IMG/VR virus record: IMGVR_UViG_3300045988_131228
Coordinates: 1 to 64,000 of that record
From: a virus
Strand: one strand, 5' to 3'
Length of the DNA: 64,000 nucleotides
Position 1 is the first letter of the stretch. The number at the start of each line of letters is the position of its first letter. Of this stretch, positions 35,349 to 44,097 are shown in pieces. The notes beneath the pieces were generated by a model that did not search any database, was not told the DNA's origin, and saw only the letters and a list, made by a program, of their open reading frames with translations. Position numbers and translations under genes: made by a program.

Positions 35349-36884
35349 ATGGGATTAGTATTACCACAACAAATTGAAATTCAAGTTGCAGTAAATATGG
35401 CAAAATATTATGAAAATTTAGGATATGAAATACCTAAGAAATATAATAAAAGAGACCATAAATGGGTGTATGATCGTAATGCAACTATGAAAGTCGATGT
35501 TAGAGATTTAAAACCAAGTTCAAATTTATTAGTGAAATGTGAATGCGATATCTGTAAAGAAAGAGAAAAGATTCCAAAATCAGAATATACAAGAATTAAT
35601 GGTTATGTATCAAAATATGGATATGATTATCTATGTCTTGATTGCAAATTTGATGTAATGCCCACGGCAAAATTAAATGTTGGAACTTTTAAAGATAACA
35701 AAGAAAAGATACAAAAATTTCTTGTACGGAAATTAAAAAGTTATGTTGAAAGTAATGGTTATCCACAAAATAAAAAGTTAGCTTTTAAGCCCAAAAATAA
35801 AATGCCAACATTAAGAATGTATGAAGAATATCTTGATGGTGATTTGGTTGATTGGCTTGAATTGTGTGGATACAAATTATCCAATGAAGAAAAATACGAA
35901 ATGAGAACTCGTGGTGGACAAAATAAAAATTATACAAAAGATGATTGTATTTCAATAATTATGAATATGCAAAAGCATCTTGATCGTCCATTGGAATACA
36001 AAGATTTTAAATACCCTACTCCTGATACTCTAGGAGTTACTCATATTAAAAAATATTGGGGTTCTGTCAATAAAATGAAGAAAGAACTTGGACTTGAAAT
36101 TGTTCAAGAAAATATGATGGATAAACAACTTACCAAAGATGATTTTGATAAAGAAGTGCATTATATAGTAAATTTTATAAAATTGGATGGAAGAAATTTC
36201 ATAACTACTAGAGAAATAAATGAAAATAGCGATTGGATGAGTTACGGTACTTTAGATAGAACATGTAAGAAATACTATAATATTGGATTGGTTCAGCATC
36301 TATCATCTTTTGGTATATCCTTTGGGAAACAGGGAAACGGGATAAATTATGATTTTGAAGATGGAGAACATGTTACGAGTCAATTTGAATACATGTTTTC
36401 CAGATATTTAAAAGAACATGGATTCAAATATCAAATAGATTATTTTAGAGATGTAAAATATTCTAATTTTATTGACGGTTATAATGGTAATATGAATTGT
36501 GATTATGTAATTCATATTGATGGTAAAATTATTTACATAGAAATTGCAGGAATTATTGCAGATTATAAAACTTGGTATTATGAAAATAAAATCATTTCTT
36601 ATAGCAAATCTAAAGAACAGTATAGAATCAAACTATTAGAAAAAGAAACTATGTTAAAAAATGAAAATCTCCATTATTATATATTATTCCCATGTGATTT
36701 AACAAATAATAATTTTCAAAATATATTATTCAATGATAATTTGGATTTAAAAAATAAAATTGAATCATTTTATAAAAATAATATTGATTGGAATAAAGTT
36801 AGAAGTATTGGAGAATTGGATTATTCTCAAAATGTAATTAGAGATTTTAAAAAATATAATGAACAACAAAAAGAGGCAGTTTAA
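35349..36884 (+). CDS. homing-endonuclease-like protein: N-terminal DNA-binding module plus C-terminal PD-(D/E)XK-like nuclease
   Basis: 511 aa. The N-terminus is paralogous to the HNH protein at 41731. C-terminal CDYVIHIDGKIIYIEIAG shows a D..E-x-A/K pattern. Confidence 0.5.
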   Translation: MGLVLPQQIEIQVAVNMAKYYENLGYEIPKKYNKRDHKWVYDRNATMKVDVRDLKPSSNLLVKCECDICKEREKIPKSEYTRINGYVSKYGYDYLCLDCKFDVMPTAKLNVGTFKDNKEKIQKFLVRKLKSYVESNGYPQNKKLAFKPKNKMPTLRMYEEYLDGDLVDWLELCGYKLSNEEKYEMRTRGGQNKNYTKDDCISIIMNMQKHLDRPLEYKDFKYPTPDTLGVTHIKKYWGSVNKMKKELGLEIVQENMMDKQLTKDDFDKEVHYIVNFIKLDGRNFITTREINENSDWMSYGTLDRTCKKYYNIGLVQHLSSFGISFGKQGNGINYDFEDGEHVTSQFEYMFSRYLKEHGFKYQIDYFRDVKYSNFIDGYNGNMNCDYVIHIDGKIIYIEIAGIIADYKTWYYENKIISYSKSKEQYRIKLLEKETMLKNENLHYYILFPCDLTNNNFQNILFNDNLDLKNKIESFYKNNIDWNKVRSIGELDYSQNVIRDFKKYNEQQKEAV

Positions 36885-36909
36885 TTATTATTAATCTGCT
36901 TCTTTTATT

Positions 36910-37977
36910 ATGCAAAAATTTATGAAAGGAAGTGAGCAAATGGCAGGAAGAACTGTACAATATAATGTTTTAACAACACCAGAAAAATTACAACAAGTTA
37001 ATCCAGATAATGTTGAATTAGGAAATGACTTTTTAGATTATCTTGTATCAGTAGACAGAGCAAGATCAACAATTGACGCATATGCTCACGATCTTAACGT
37101 TTTTTGGGTATATCTATTAGAAAAATGCAACAACAAATTTTTTATTAATTTGTCTAAACGTGAAATTTCTAAGTATCAAAGTTATTGTTTAACGGAATTG
37201 AAATGGAGTCCTGCGAGAATTAAAAGGGTTAAATCTACTCTCTCATCTCTTAGCAATTATGTTGAAAATATGTTGGATGATGAGTATGAAGGATTTCGTC
37301 CAATTATTCGTAAAATAGAAAATCCAACAAATGAAAAAGTATTAAAGAAAACTGTATTCACAGAAGAACAATTACAAGGTTTATTAGATCATCTTGTTGA
37401 AAAGGAACAATACGATAAAGCATGTATGCTAAGTATGGCTATGAATAATGGTAGACGTAAAAGTGAATTGCCACGTTTTAAAGTTTCATATTTTGATGAT
37501 GAAAATATCATTTATGGTTCTTTATATAAAACTCCCGAAACTATCACTACTAAAGGTAGAGGATCAAGAGGAAAACAACTTATCGTATATACATTGGTAA
37601 AACCATTTAAACCATATTTAGATTTATGGCTGAAATATAGAGAAGAAAATAATATTACTTCTGAATGGTTATTCCCTAAAAAAGTAGGAAATAAATATGT
37701 TGATGAACAAATTTCTACAGATACCTTGGATAGTTGGGCTGAAACATTTAGTAAAATATTAGACATTCCGTTTTACTGGCATAGCCTGAGGCACTATTTT
37801 ACGACAAGTTGCGCACGTAGCGGTCTTCCAGATAATGTAATTCAAATGATTATCGGATGGTCTTCATTGGATATGGTAGGGTTATACAAAGATATTGAAG
37901 TAGATGAAGAATTTGAAAAGTATTTTGGTGAAGATGGAATTAAAAAAGTTGAACAAGCTTCGTTAGCAGATTTATAA
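36910..37977 (+). CDS. int: tyrosine recombinase/phage integrase (XerC/D-like)
   Basis: SAM-like N-terminus DFLDYLVSVDRARSTIDAYAHDL. GRRKSEL, HSLRHYFTT, GWSSLDMVGLY. An SD-supported ATG is also present at 36940. Confidence 0.85.
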   Translation: MQKFMKGSEQMAGRTVQYNVLTTPEKLQQVNPDNVELGNDFLDYLVSVDRARSTIDAYAHDLNVFWVYLLEKCNNKFFINLSKREISKYQSYCLTELKWSPARIKRVKSTLSSLSNYVENMLDDEYEGFRPIIRKIENPTNEKVLKKTVFTEEQLQGLLDHLVEKEQYDKACMLSMAMNNGRRKSELPRFKVSYFDDENIIYGSLYKTPETITTKGRGSRGKQLIVYTLVKPFKPYLDLWLKYREENNITSEWLFPKKVGNKYVDEQISTDTLDSWAETFSKILDIPFYWHSLRHYFTTSCARSGLPDNVIQMIIGWSSLDMVGLYKDIEVDEEFEKYFGEDGIKKVEQASLADL

Positions 37978-38186
37978 TCCCCTCAAAAGCCCGTAGTGTA
38001 GACCAAACACACCTATATGGAAACAAGCGCACGACATCGGACTGTCAAACCGCTTCGGGCAAATATCTTTTTCTATATATTTTTCTTGTTTCATATTTAC
38101 TCTTCAAAGAGACATAACTTTTCATATGATCTCTTCTCCTGAAAAAGGGCAGTTCACTACTGCCCTATCTAAAAGTAAACTTGTCC

Positions 38187-38213
38187 TTTACAATATCTTT
38201 CAATTGTGATAAT
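38187..38213 (+). promoter_or_regulatory. extended -10 promoter for the DUF262 gene
   Basis: TTTACA (38187-38192) and TGtGATAAT (38205-38213). Confidence 0.4.
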
Positions 38214-38244
38214 GTAAAAATATCAAAAATTGGAGGTGTTATAT

Positions 38245-39222
38245 ATGGAGTTCAACAGAAAGACACAAACTGTCAAGTCATTTGCAAGAGATATGGGAAA
38301 TGGAAAATATAATATGTTCCATAAACTGCAACGCAAAGAAGGACAATGGAAAAATTATGAGCAGAGCTTATTAATTGACTCAATGCTTCGCAACTATCCT
38401 GTTGACCCGATTCGTTCAGAAGAGAAAGAAGATAAAATCAGATATGTATTTGACGGAGTTCAGCGCAGCACAACTATCAGAGATTTTTTAGCTGATAGTT
38501 TCAAATTAAGTCAAAAATTGAAACCAGTATTAATTGAAGGCACTGTATATAACATTGCAGGTAAGAAATTCTCACAGTTGGATGAAGTTGTTCAGGATAA
38601 AATTAATGACTATGAAATGATACAATATATCTTTTCTGATTGTACAGATGAAGATATTCGTGAAATGTTCCGTAGACAGAATGGTGGCAAACCATTATCA
38701 AACACTCAGAAAAGAAAGTCATTAGAGAGTGATGAAGTTAGTGCAATCATCTTTGATGTTGCAAATCATCCATTCTTTGCAAAAGTGTTATCTCCAACAC
38801 AGTTGAAAAAAGATGTTGCGAATGATATTGTGCGCCAGGCACTTATGCTGATTAATACTACAGATGATAATGATTTTACATCATTCAGAGCGAAAGATAT
38901 TGATACATTTGTAGAATGGTATAATGAACATGTTGATGAGAAAGATATTATTTTATTGAAATCTGCTCTGGCATTCTTGGATGAAAAATTTGAAGAAAAA
39001 CTTAATCTCAAGTCTACTTCTCTTCCGATGATGTTATATGCTGCATATACATGTGTGAAGAATGAAAAGGACTTTGATGAATTTGTAAATATTGTGCAGA
39101 CATTTGTAGATAGCTATGGTGATAATATAGATTATGTTCAGTATTGCACCAGTGGTACATCTTCTGCTCAATCTGTTCAAGGAAGATTTAATTATTGGAA
39201 GAATATTTGCAAAGGATTATAA
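38245..39222 (+). CDS. DUF262 (ParB/Srx-like nuclease superfamily, GmrSD N-terminal type) protein
   Basis: LQRKEGQWKNYEQSLLIDSMLRNYPVDPI...FDGVQRSTTIRDFL. The ATG at 38245 follows GGAGG. Confidence 0.65.
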   Translation: MEFNRKTQTVKSFARDMGNGKYNMFHKLQRKEGQWKNYEQSLLIDSMLRNYPVDPIRSEEKEDKIRYVFDGVQRSTTIRDFLADSFKLSQKLKPVLIEGTVYNIAGKKFSQLDEVVQDKINDYEMIQYIFSDCTDEDIREMFRRQNGGKPLSNTQKRKSLESDEVSAIIFDVANHPFFAKVLSPTQLKKDVANDIVRQALMLINTTDDNDFTSFRAKDIDTFVEWYNEHVDEKDIILLKSALAFLDEKFEEKLNLKSTSLPMMLYAAYTCVKNEKDFDEFVNIVQTFVDSYGDNIDYVQYCTSGTSSAQSVQGRFNYWKNICKGL

Positions 39223-39252
39223 ATATATAGAAACTTAATATTGAAATTTATG

Positions 39253-39282
39253 AGAAGTCGCCTTATTGGTGGCTTCTTTTTG
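39253..39282 (+). terminator. intrinsic terminator after the DUF262 gene
   Basis: AGAAGTCGCC/GGTGGCTTCT (two G-U pairs), then TTTTT. Confidence 0.55.
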
Positions 39283-39300
39283 TATACAGGAGAAAATAAA

Positions 39301-39531
39301 ATGTATAATATTTTAATCAAACATAATGATAGCAAAAAACTATGGCAACTATATGGAACTACCACTTGTGCTACATCAAATACGGAAACATTTACACCAT
39401 TCGAGGCAGATAATTTAGAAAATTTAAAAGCGGAAGTTATTCGATTAGATGCAATGTATGGTCATGAAAACATTAAAGTTGTAAAAACTATTGAATATAC
39501 AGTGGATGTAACTATCTCAGACGATAAATAA
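39301..39531 (+). CDS. hypothetical protein
   Basis: 76 aa from the ATG at 39301, after GGAGAAAATAAA. The upstream part of the track ORF overlaps the terminator. Confidence 0.5.
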   Translation: MYNILIKHNDSKKLWQLYGTTTCATSNTETFTPFEADNLENLKAEVIRLDAMYGHENIKVVKTIEYTVDVTISDDK

Positions 39532-39545
39532 GGAGGTGTCAAATA

Positions 39546-39794
39546 GTGGCAGCTAATATATTAAAAGTTGGTAACGATCCAAACTCAGCAATTAAAACAT
39601 TTTGCGTAGATACTATTGAAGAAATTGCAAAACTTCCTACTATGGAACATGGCGCAACAGGCGATTTTACAAATATTCCTGGTCTTGAATCTCCTGCCCC
39701 AATGGGAAGTCAAGCTATTGTAGGAAATGAATCAGGCACAGTGAAAATCTATATGCTGTTTTCATTTGGTTGGAAAGATACAGGCACAGAATAA
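39546..39794 (+). CDS. hypothetical protein
   Basis: 82 aa. GTG start after AAGGAGGTGTCAAATA. Confidence 0.5.
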   Translation: MAANILKVGNDPNSAIKTFCVDTIEEIAKLPTMEHGATGDFTNIPGLESPAPMGSQAIVGNESGTVKIYMLFSFGWKDTGTE

Positions 39795-40045
39795 TGGACG
39801 TATTATCTTATATCATTGCAAGTAGACTTCTCTCCTGTCCTGGTGGAAATGGGGCAAATATTAAACTAGATGAAAATGGAAATATTATTACAGATGAAGA
39901 TGTGACATTATATGTAGATTTCCCTACCGCAAGTTTGATGACTGATGGAGATATATTCTCAGTTGCAAATAGTTATTTAATCGCAAAAATTATTGGTGAT
40001 GTTGCTGAATCAAATAAGAAAGCATGGATTTATTCTATGTTGTAA
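39794..40045 (+). CDS. hypothetical protein
   Basis: 83 aa. TAATG stop-start overlap with the upstream ORF. Confidence 0.5.
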   Translation: MDVLSYIIASRLLSCPGGNGANIKLDENGNIITDEDVTLYVDFPTASLMTDGDIFSVANSYLIAKIIGDVAESNKKAWIYSML

Positions 40046-40243
40046 AAGAGTCATTCACGATGATGTGGGTGGCTCTTTTATTATGCAATTTTGTTGTTTC
40101 GTATAGAGTGATTATTTCACTCTATGATTATATTTAAAGGTTTCCTTCATAAATGTAGCACGACTATCATTCCACCCCTATCAACCCAAAATAGTCGCTC
40201 TATACGAGACAATAAAATATTTGAAAATTTAATTGAGACATGT

Positions 40244-40413
40244 AAACCGCAGTTTCGCTGAAACTACGGTTTCGACTCCACTTTGCTAAGGCAAAGCGGT
40301 GTCGGAGATATAGATACTATTATTGTGTCAAAGCATTAATGGTAATTCAGAAAGAGGAATAGCACGATTAGCTCTCGTGTGAATGGTGGTCTTACTCTCC
40401 CACTTCCTCTTTC
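40244..40413 (+). ncRNA. candidate structured intergenic RNA
   Basis: Adjacent hairpins at 40244-40272 and 40273-40304, plus a 10-bp stem GAAAGAGGAA (40350-40359)/TTCCTCTTTC (40404-40413). Locally GC-richer. Confidence 0.3.
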
Positions 40414-40463
40414 TAAAAAATATATGGTTAGTGAGAGTAAAGAAAGAGAGATAATGTATTATA

Positions 40464-41375
40464 ATGGAAAATCAAATTCAAGAAACAAAAATGGATCAGT
40501 TTGTAAATTTAACAACTGGTGAAATATTAGGTGAAGGCATTTTTATGTCAAAAGAAGAATTAGAACGAAAACAGGAGGCACAAATAAAAAGAATCAACTA
40601 TGCGTATTTGATGAATAATCGTTCAGAGTTTCAAACTCATATTAGCTCAAATTTTGGCTCTTTTTATTTTAATAACTATATGAAATTATTAACTAAATTA
40701 AAAAATAATCCTGCCCTTTTGTTTAGATTTTTATATCTTTGTACATATGCAAATTATGATGGATATTTAAAATATGGTCTTAATAGTTCTTTGTATATGA
40801 AAGAAAACGATTTTGGTGAAGTTTTTAAACTATCAAAAGGGATGGTTACAAAACTGAAAAAAGAGTTATATGATAATAAACTAATTAAGAAATATGAAGA
40901 TGGTAGAATTGTCGTAAATAATGACTACTACAGCAGAGGTAAATTATATTTAGGGGATATGCTTAATTCGTCCAGAGTATTTGACAATGGAATCAGAGAG
41001 TTATATCTTAATTCTAATCCAAGAGAACATAAACGTATTGGTGTTATTGTTCCACTTCTTCCATATCTGAATAAATATTATAACATCTTATGTGAAAATC
41101 CATTAGAAAAAGATGAGAATTATATCAAGCCTTTAACTTTGACAGAAATTTGTAATATTGTAGGATATGATGTTGCAAATAGAGATAAATTAAAAAAGAT
41201 GTTAGAAAATGTAACCGTAAATGGAAAACCAACTGTTGCATATATTAGCCATGCAGATGCTAGATTCTTTCTTGTTAACCCTGCGGTATTTTATAAAGGT
41301 AATTCTGTTTCTGATTTAGATGTAATTTCAAAACTATTTAACTTAAAAAATAAAAAGAAGAATGAAAATGAATAG
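40464..41375 (+). CDS. putative replication initiator/replisome-organizer-like winged-helix protein
   Basis: 303 aa. FRFLYLCTYANYDGYL...LSKGMVTKLKKELYDNKLIKKYEDGRIVVN. Iteron-like repeats lie just downstream. Confidence 0.3.
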   Translation: MENQIQETKMDQFVNLTTGEILGEGIFMSKEELERKQEAQIKRINYAYLMNNRSEFQTHISSNFGSFYFNNYMKLLTKLKNNPALLFRFLYLCTYANYDGYLKYGLNSSLYMKENDFGEVFKLSKGMVTKLKKELYDNKLIKKYEDGRIVVNNDYYSRGKLYLGDMLNSSRVFDNGIRELYLNSNPREHKRIGVIVPLLPYLNKYYNILCENPLEKDENYIKPLTLTEICNIVGYDVANRDKLKKMLENVTVNGKPTVAYISHADARFFLVNPAVFYKGNSVSDLDVISKLFNLKNKKKNENE

Positions 41376-41437
41376 AATTAACACTAATTTAGATTATAAG
41401 AGAAAATGCTAAAATCCCTTGGTATACTTGAAAACCT

Positions 41438-41504
41438 TGTTCACAGAAATACTATGATAGGAGTTCTATGTTCACAGAAATACTATCTTTTTAATTTTGT
41501 GAAC
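41438..41504. repeat. two exact 18-bp direct repeats plus an inverted half-site
   Basis: TGTTCACAGAAATACTAT at 41438-41455 and 41469-41486 (31-bp spacing). TGTGAAC at 41498-41504. Confidence 0.7.
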
Positions 41505-41697
41505 TCATATTATGATTTTTATGGAGAGTGGTTTACACTGCTCTCCTATTAATTTGGAGAAATATTGACTATAAACGGTTGGCGTTTGTTGTCCTGTCGG
41601 TGGGACGTAGTTGAATCTTAATAGAGTGAGAAACCTTTGACTGATCATCTTAGGTATAGTAGATACTCGCACTACTCTCTCACTCTATTTACTAAAG

Positions 41698-42870
41698 ATG
41701 TTTGCGAGTGGAAAGCGAGAAATTGAAATTATGGGTTTATTAACAAAAGAAATTGAAGTAACATTAAATTCAAGAAATATAGAGCATTATGCGAATTTGG
41801 GATATGAAATTCCAAAATATTATAATAAAAATAGTTGTACTTGGAGAGTGAAAAGAAATACTAAAATAATAGTTAAAATTGAAGATGTTCCAAAATTCAC
41901 AAATTATTTAGTTGATGTTCAATGTGATAATGAAAATTGTGCTAATGTTTTACATATGCCATACCAAAGATATAATTATCATCTTAAAAACGGCAAATAT
42001 TATTGTCAAAAATGCGCAATGGCTATTTATAATAGTGGAGAAAATAATCCTTCATGGAATCCCAATCTAACAGATAAAGAAAGAATTACAGGTAGACATT
42101 TTCCAGAATATAAGGATTTTGTCAAAAGAGTTTTAGCAAGAGATCATTATACGTGTAAATGTTGCGGACATTCTAGTACAAATTTAGAAGTTCATCATCT
42201 TAATGGATATAATTGGTTTACAGAAGGAAGAACTGATGAGACAAATGCAATTACATTATGCGAAAATTGTCACGCAAGTTTCCATTCTATTTATGGTCAA
42301 GGTAATAACACCAAAGATCAATTTGAAGAATGGATTGGTAAATCAATTGAAATCTTGGATAAGTTTGACGGGAAATTGCCAATTGGTAGAAATGTTATTT
42401 GTTACGAAACATTAGAAACATACGATAGTCCAGTAGATGTTGAAAATAAAACAGGAATACTTTCACAAATGATAATTGATTGTTGTAATAAACGTGATTA
42501 TACTATAAATGGACATAGGTCACGTGTAATTACAGCGAATGGTAATCATTATTTTTGGTTGGATGAATATAAAAATATGTCACAAAAAGATTTCGATAAT
42601 TATTTTGAATGGTGCAAACCAATTAAAATTAAACGTTCTGGAAAAGATTTATATAATTCTAAGAAAGTAATTTGTTTAACTACATTGGAAATCTTTGATA
42701 GTATGTCTGATGCCGCAAGAAAATACGAAAATGCACATATGGCTAATATAAGTAGATGTTGTAAGGGAATTACAAAGACTTGTGGTAAACTACCTGATGG
42801 TACAAAACTTAAATGGATGTATTATGAAGATTATTTAACAAGCACTGCTTCTTCGGAAGTTAGTGCTTAA
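41698..42870 (+). CDS. HNH homing endonuclease with NUMOD-like C-terminal repeats
   Basis: HYTCKCCGHSSTNLEVHHLNGYNW...NAITLCENCHASFH. Repeats VICYETLETYDSPVDV.. and VICLTTLEIFDSMSDAARKY... A paralogue-supported start is the ATG at 41731. Confidence 0.8.
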   Translation: MFASGKREIEIMGLLTKEIEVTLNSRNIEHYANLGYEIPKYYNKNSCTWRVKRNTKIIVKIEDVPKFTNYLVDVQCDNENCANVLHMPYQRYNYHLKNGKYYCQKCAMAIYNSGENNPSWNPNLTDKERITGRHFPEYKDFVKRVLARDHYTCKCCGHSSTNLEVHHLNGYNWFTEGRTDETNAITLCENCHASFHSIYGQGNNTKDQFEEWIGKSIEILDKFDGKLPIGRNVICYETLETYDSPVDVENKTGILSQMIIDCCNKRDYTINGHRSRVITANGNHYFWLDEYKNMSQKDFDNYFEWCKPIKIKRSGKDLYNSKKVICLTTLEIFDSMSDAARKYENAHMANISRCCKGITKTCGKLPDGTKLKWMYYEDYLTSTASSEVSA

Positions 42871-42900
42871 TTTATTTAGAAAGAAAGGTGAGTTTAAACT

Positions 42901-44076
42901 TTGTCAACAAAAAAAGATGCAAAAAAGAAAAAATGTCCTATTTGTGGGAAAGAAAAATCTATCTCATCAGGATTTTATAAAAGTGCATCTCCACTATATC
43001 AAGAAGATGGATGTGTTCCAATTTGTATTTCTTGTGTTAAAGAAGATGTAACTAATGAAGACGGAAGTATCAATAAACCAAAATTAAAAACTATGCTACA
43101 AAGATTAGATAAACCTCTTTATTGGGATGATTTAGAATCTGCATACGCTCAATATCGTAGAGAACATAGCTATTTTACCGATGATGAAGTTGCAAAACAT
43201 GGAAAAGATATTGTTGGATTGTATTTTAAAAATACAATGCTTAGACAAAATAAAAATAAAAGTTTTGCAGAATCAGAAAAAGACAATTTCATTCACGTAA
43301 ATGGTAATACTCCACGTCAAGAAATTGATAGAATTGTAAAAAAATATACTGATGCTTCTGCTGATGATATTGATATGGACATGTATAAAGAACGTGCAAA
43401 TGACAAAGGTGTAAAAACACAGGTAACAAAAAAAGATGATGACGAAGCAATTTTTCTTGATAAAAATGATTTTGAAGTAACTCAAGATATGGTTGATTTG
43501 TTTGGAGAAGGTTATACTCGTTCTGAATATAAAAAGATGGTTAAAAAATATAAAGAAATGAGTCAAACTTATGTTATTCAGACAAGTATTCATAAAGAAG
43601 CTCTTGTTACATATGTGCGTTTTAAAGTCAAAGAAGAGATGGCTACTGTAAAAGGTGATGTAGCGGAAGCCTCAAAATGGTACATGGCTGCTCAGAATGC
43701 AGCGGAGCAAGGTAAATTGACTGCAAAACAGCTTTCAAAAGAAGATTTACAAGGTGGTATTGTAAACTTTAGTGATATATTTACTGCCGTTGAAGGAGCA
43801 AAGGAACGAATTAAAATTTTCCCAGAATTTAAGTATCAACCAAAAGATGCCGCAGATTTTATTATTTGGTGTTATATAAATTATGAACGTAATCTAAACA
43901 ATATGCCAGAAGTAGAATATAAAGATATTTATGAATTTTACGATAAAAAGAAAAAAGAATATGTCGATACTTATGGAGATCCTTATGGAATATTTACCAA
44001 TGATACAACTGAAAGTAATCGAGATACTATAGAAAAATTCATTACAGTTCCAAAAGAATTTGATGATAGCGAATAG
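42901..44076 (+). CDS. packaging-associated protein (possible small terminase, by position) with an N-terminal zinc ribbon
   Basis: 391 aa. CPICGKE...CISC. Lies immediately upstream of TerL. Confidence 0.3.
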   Translation: MSTKKDAKKKKCPICGKEKSISSGFYKSASPLYQEDGCVPICISCVKEDVTNEDGSINKPKLKTMLQRLDKPLYWDDLESAYAQYRREHSYFTDDEVAKHGKDIVGLYFKNTMLRQNKNKSFAESEKDNFIHVNGNTPRQEIDRIVKKYTDASADDIDMDMYKERANDKGVKTQVTKKDDDEAIFLDKNDFEVTQDMVDLFGEGYTRSEYKKMVKKYKEMSQTYVIQTSIHKEALVTYVRFKVKEEMATVKGDVAEASKWYMAAQNAAEQGKLTAKQLSKEDLQGGIVNFSDIFTAVEGAKERIKIFPEFKYQPKDAADFIIWCYINYERNLNNMPEVEYKDIYEFYDKKKKEYVDTYGDPYGIFTNDTTESNRDTIEKFITVPKEFDDSE

Positions 44077-44097
44077 ATTGGAGGTGGAAGACCAACG

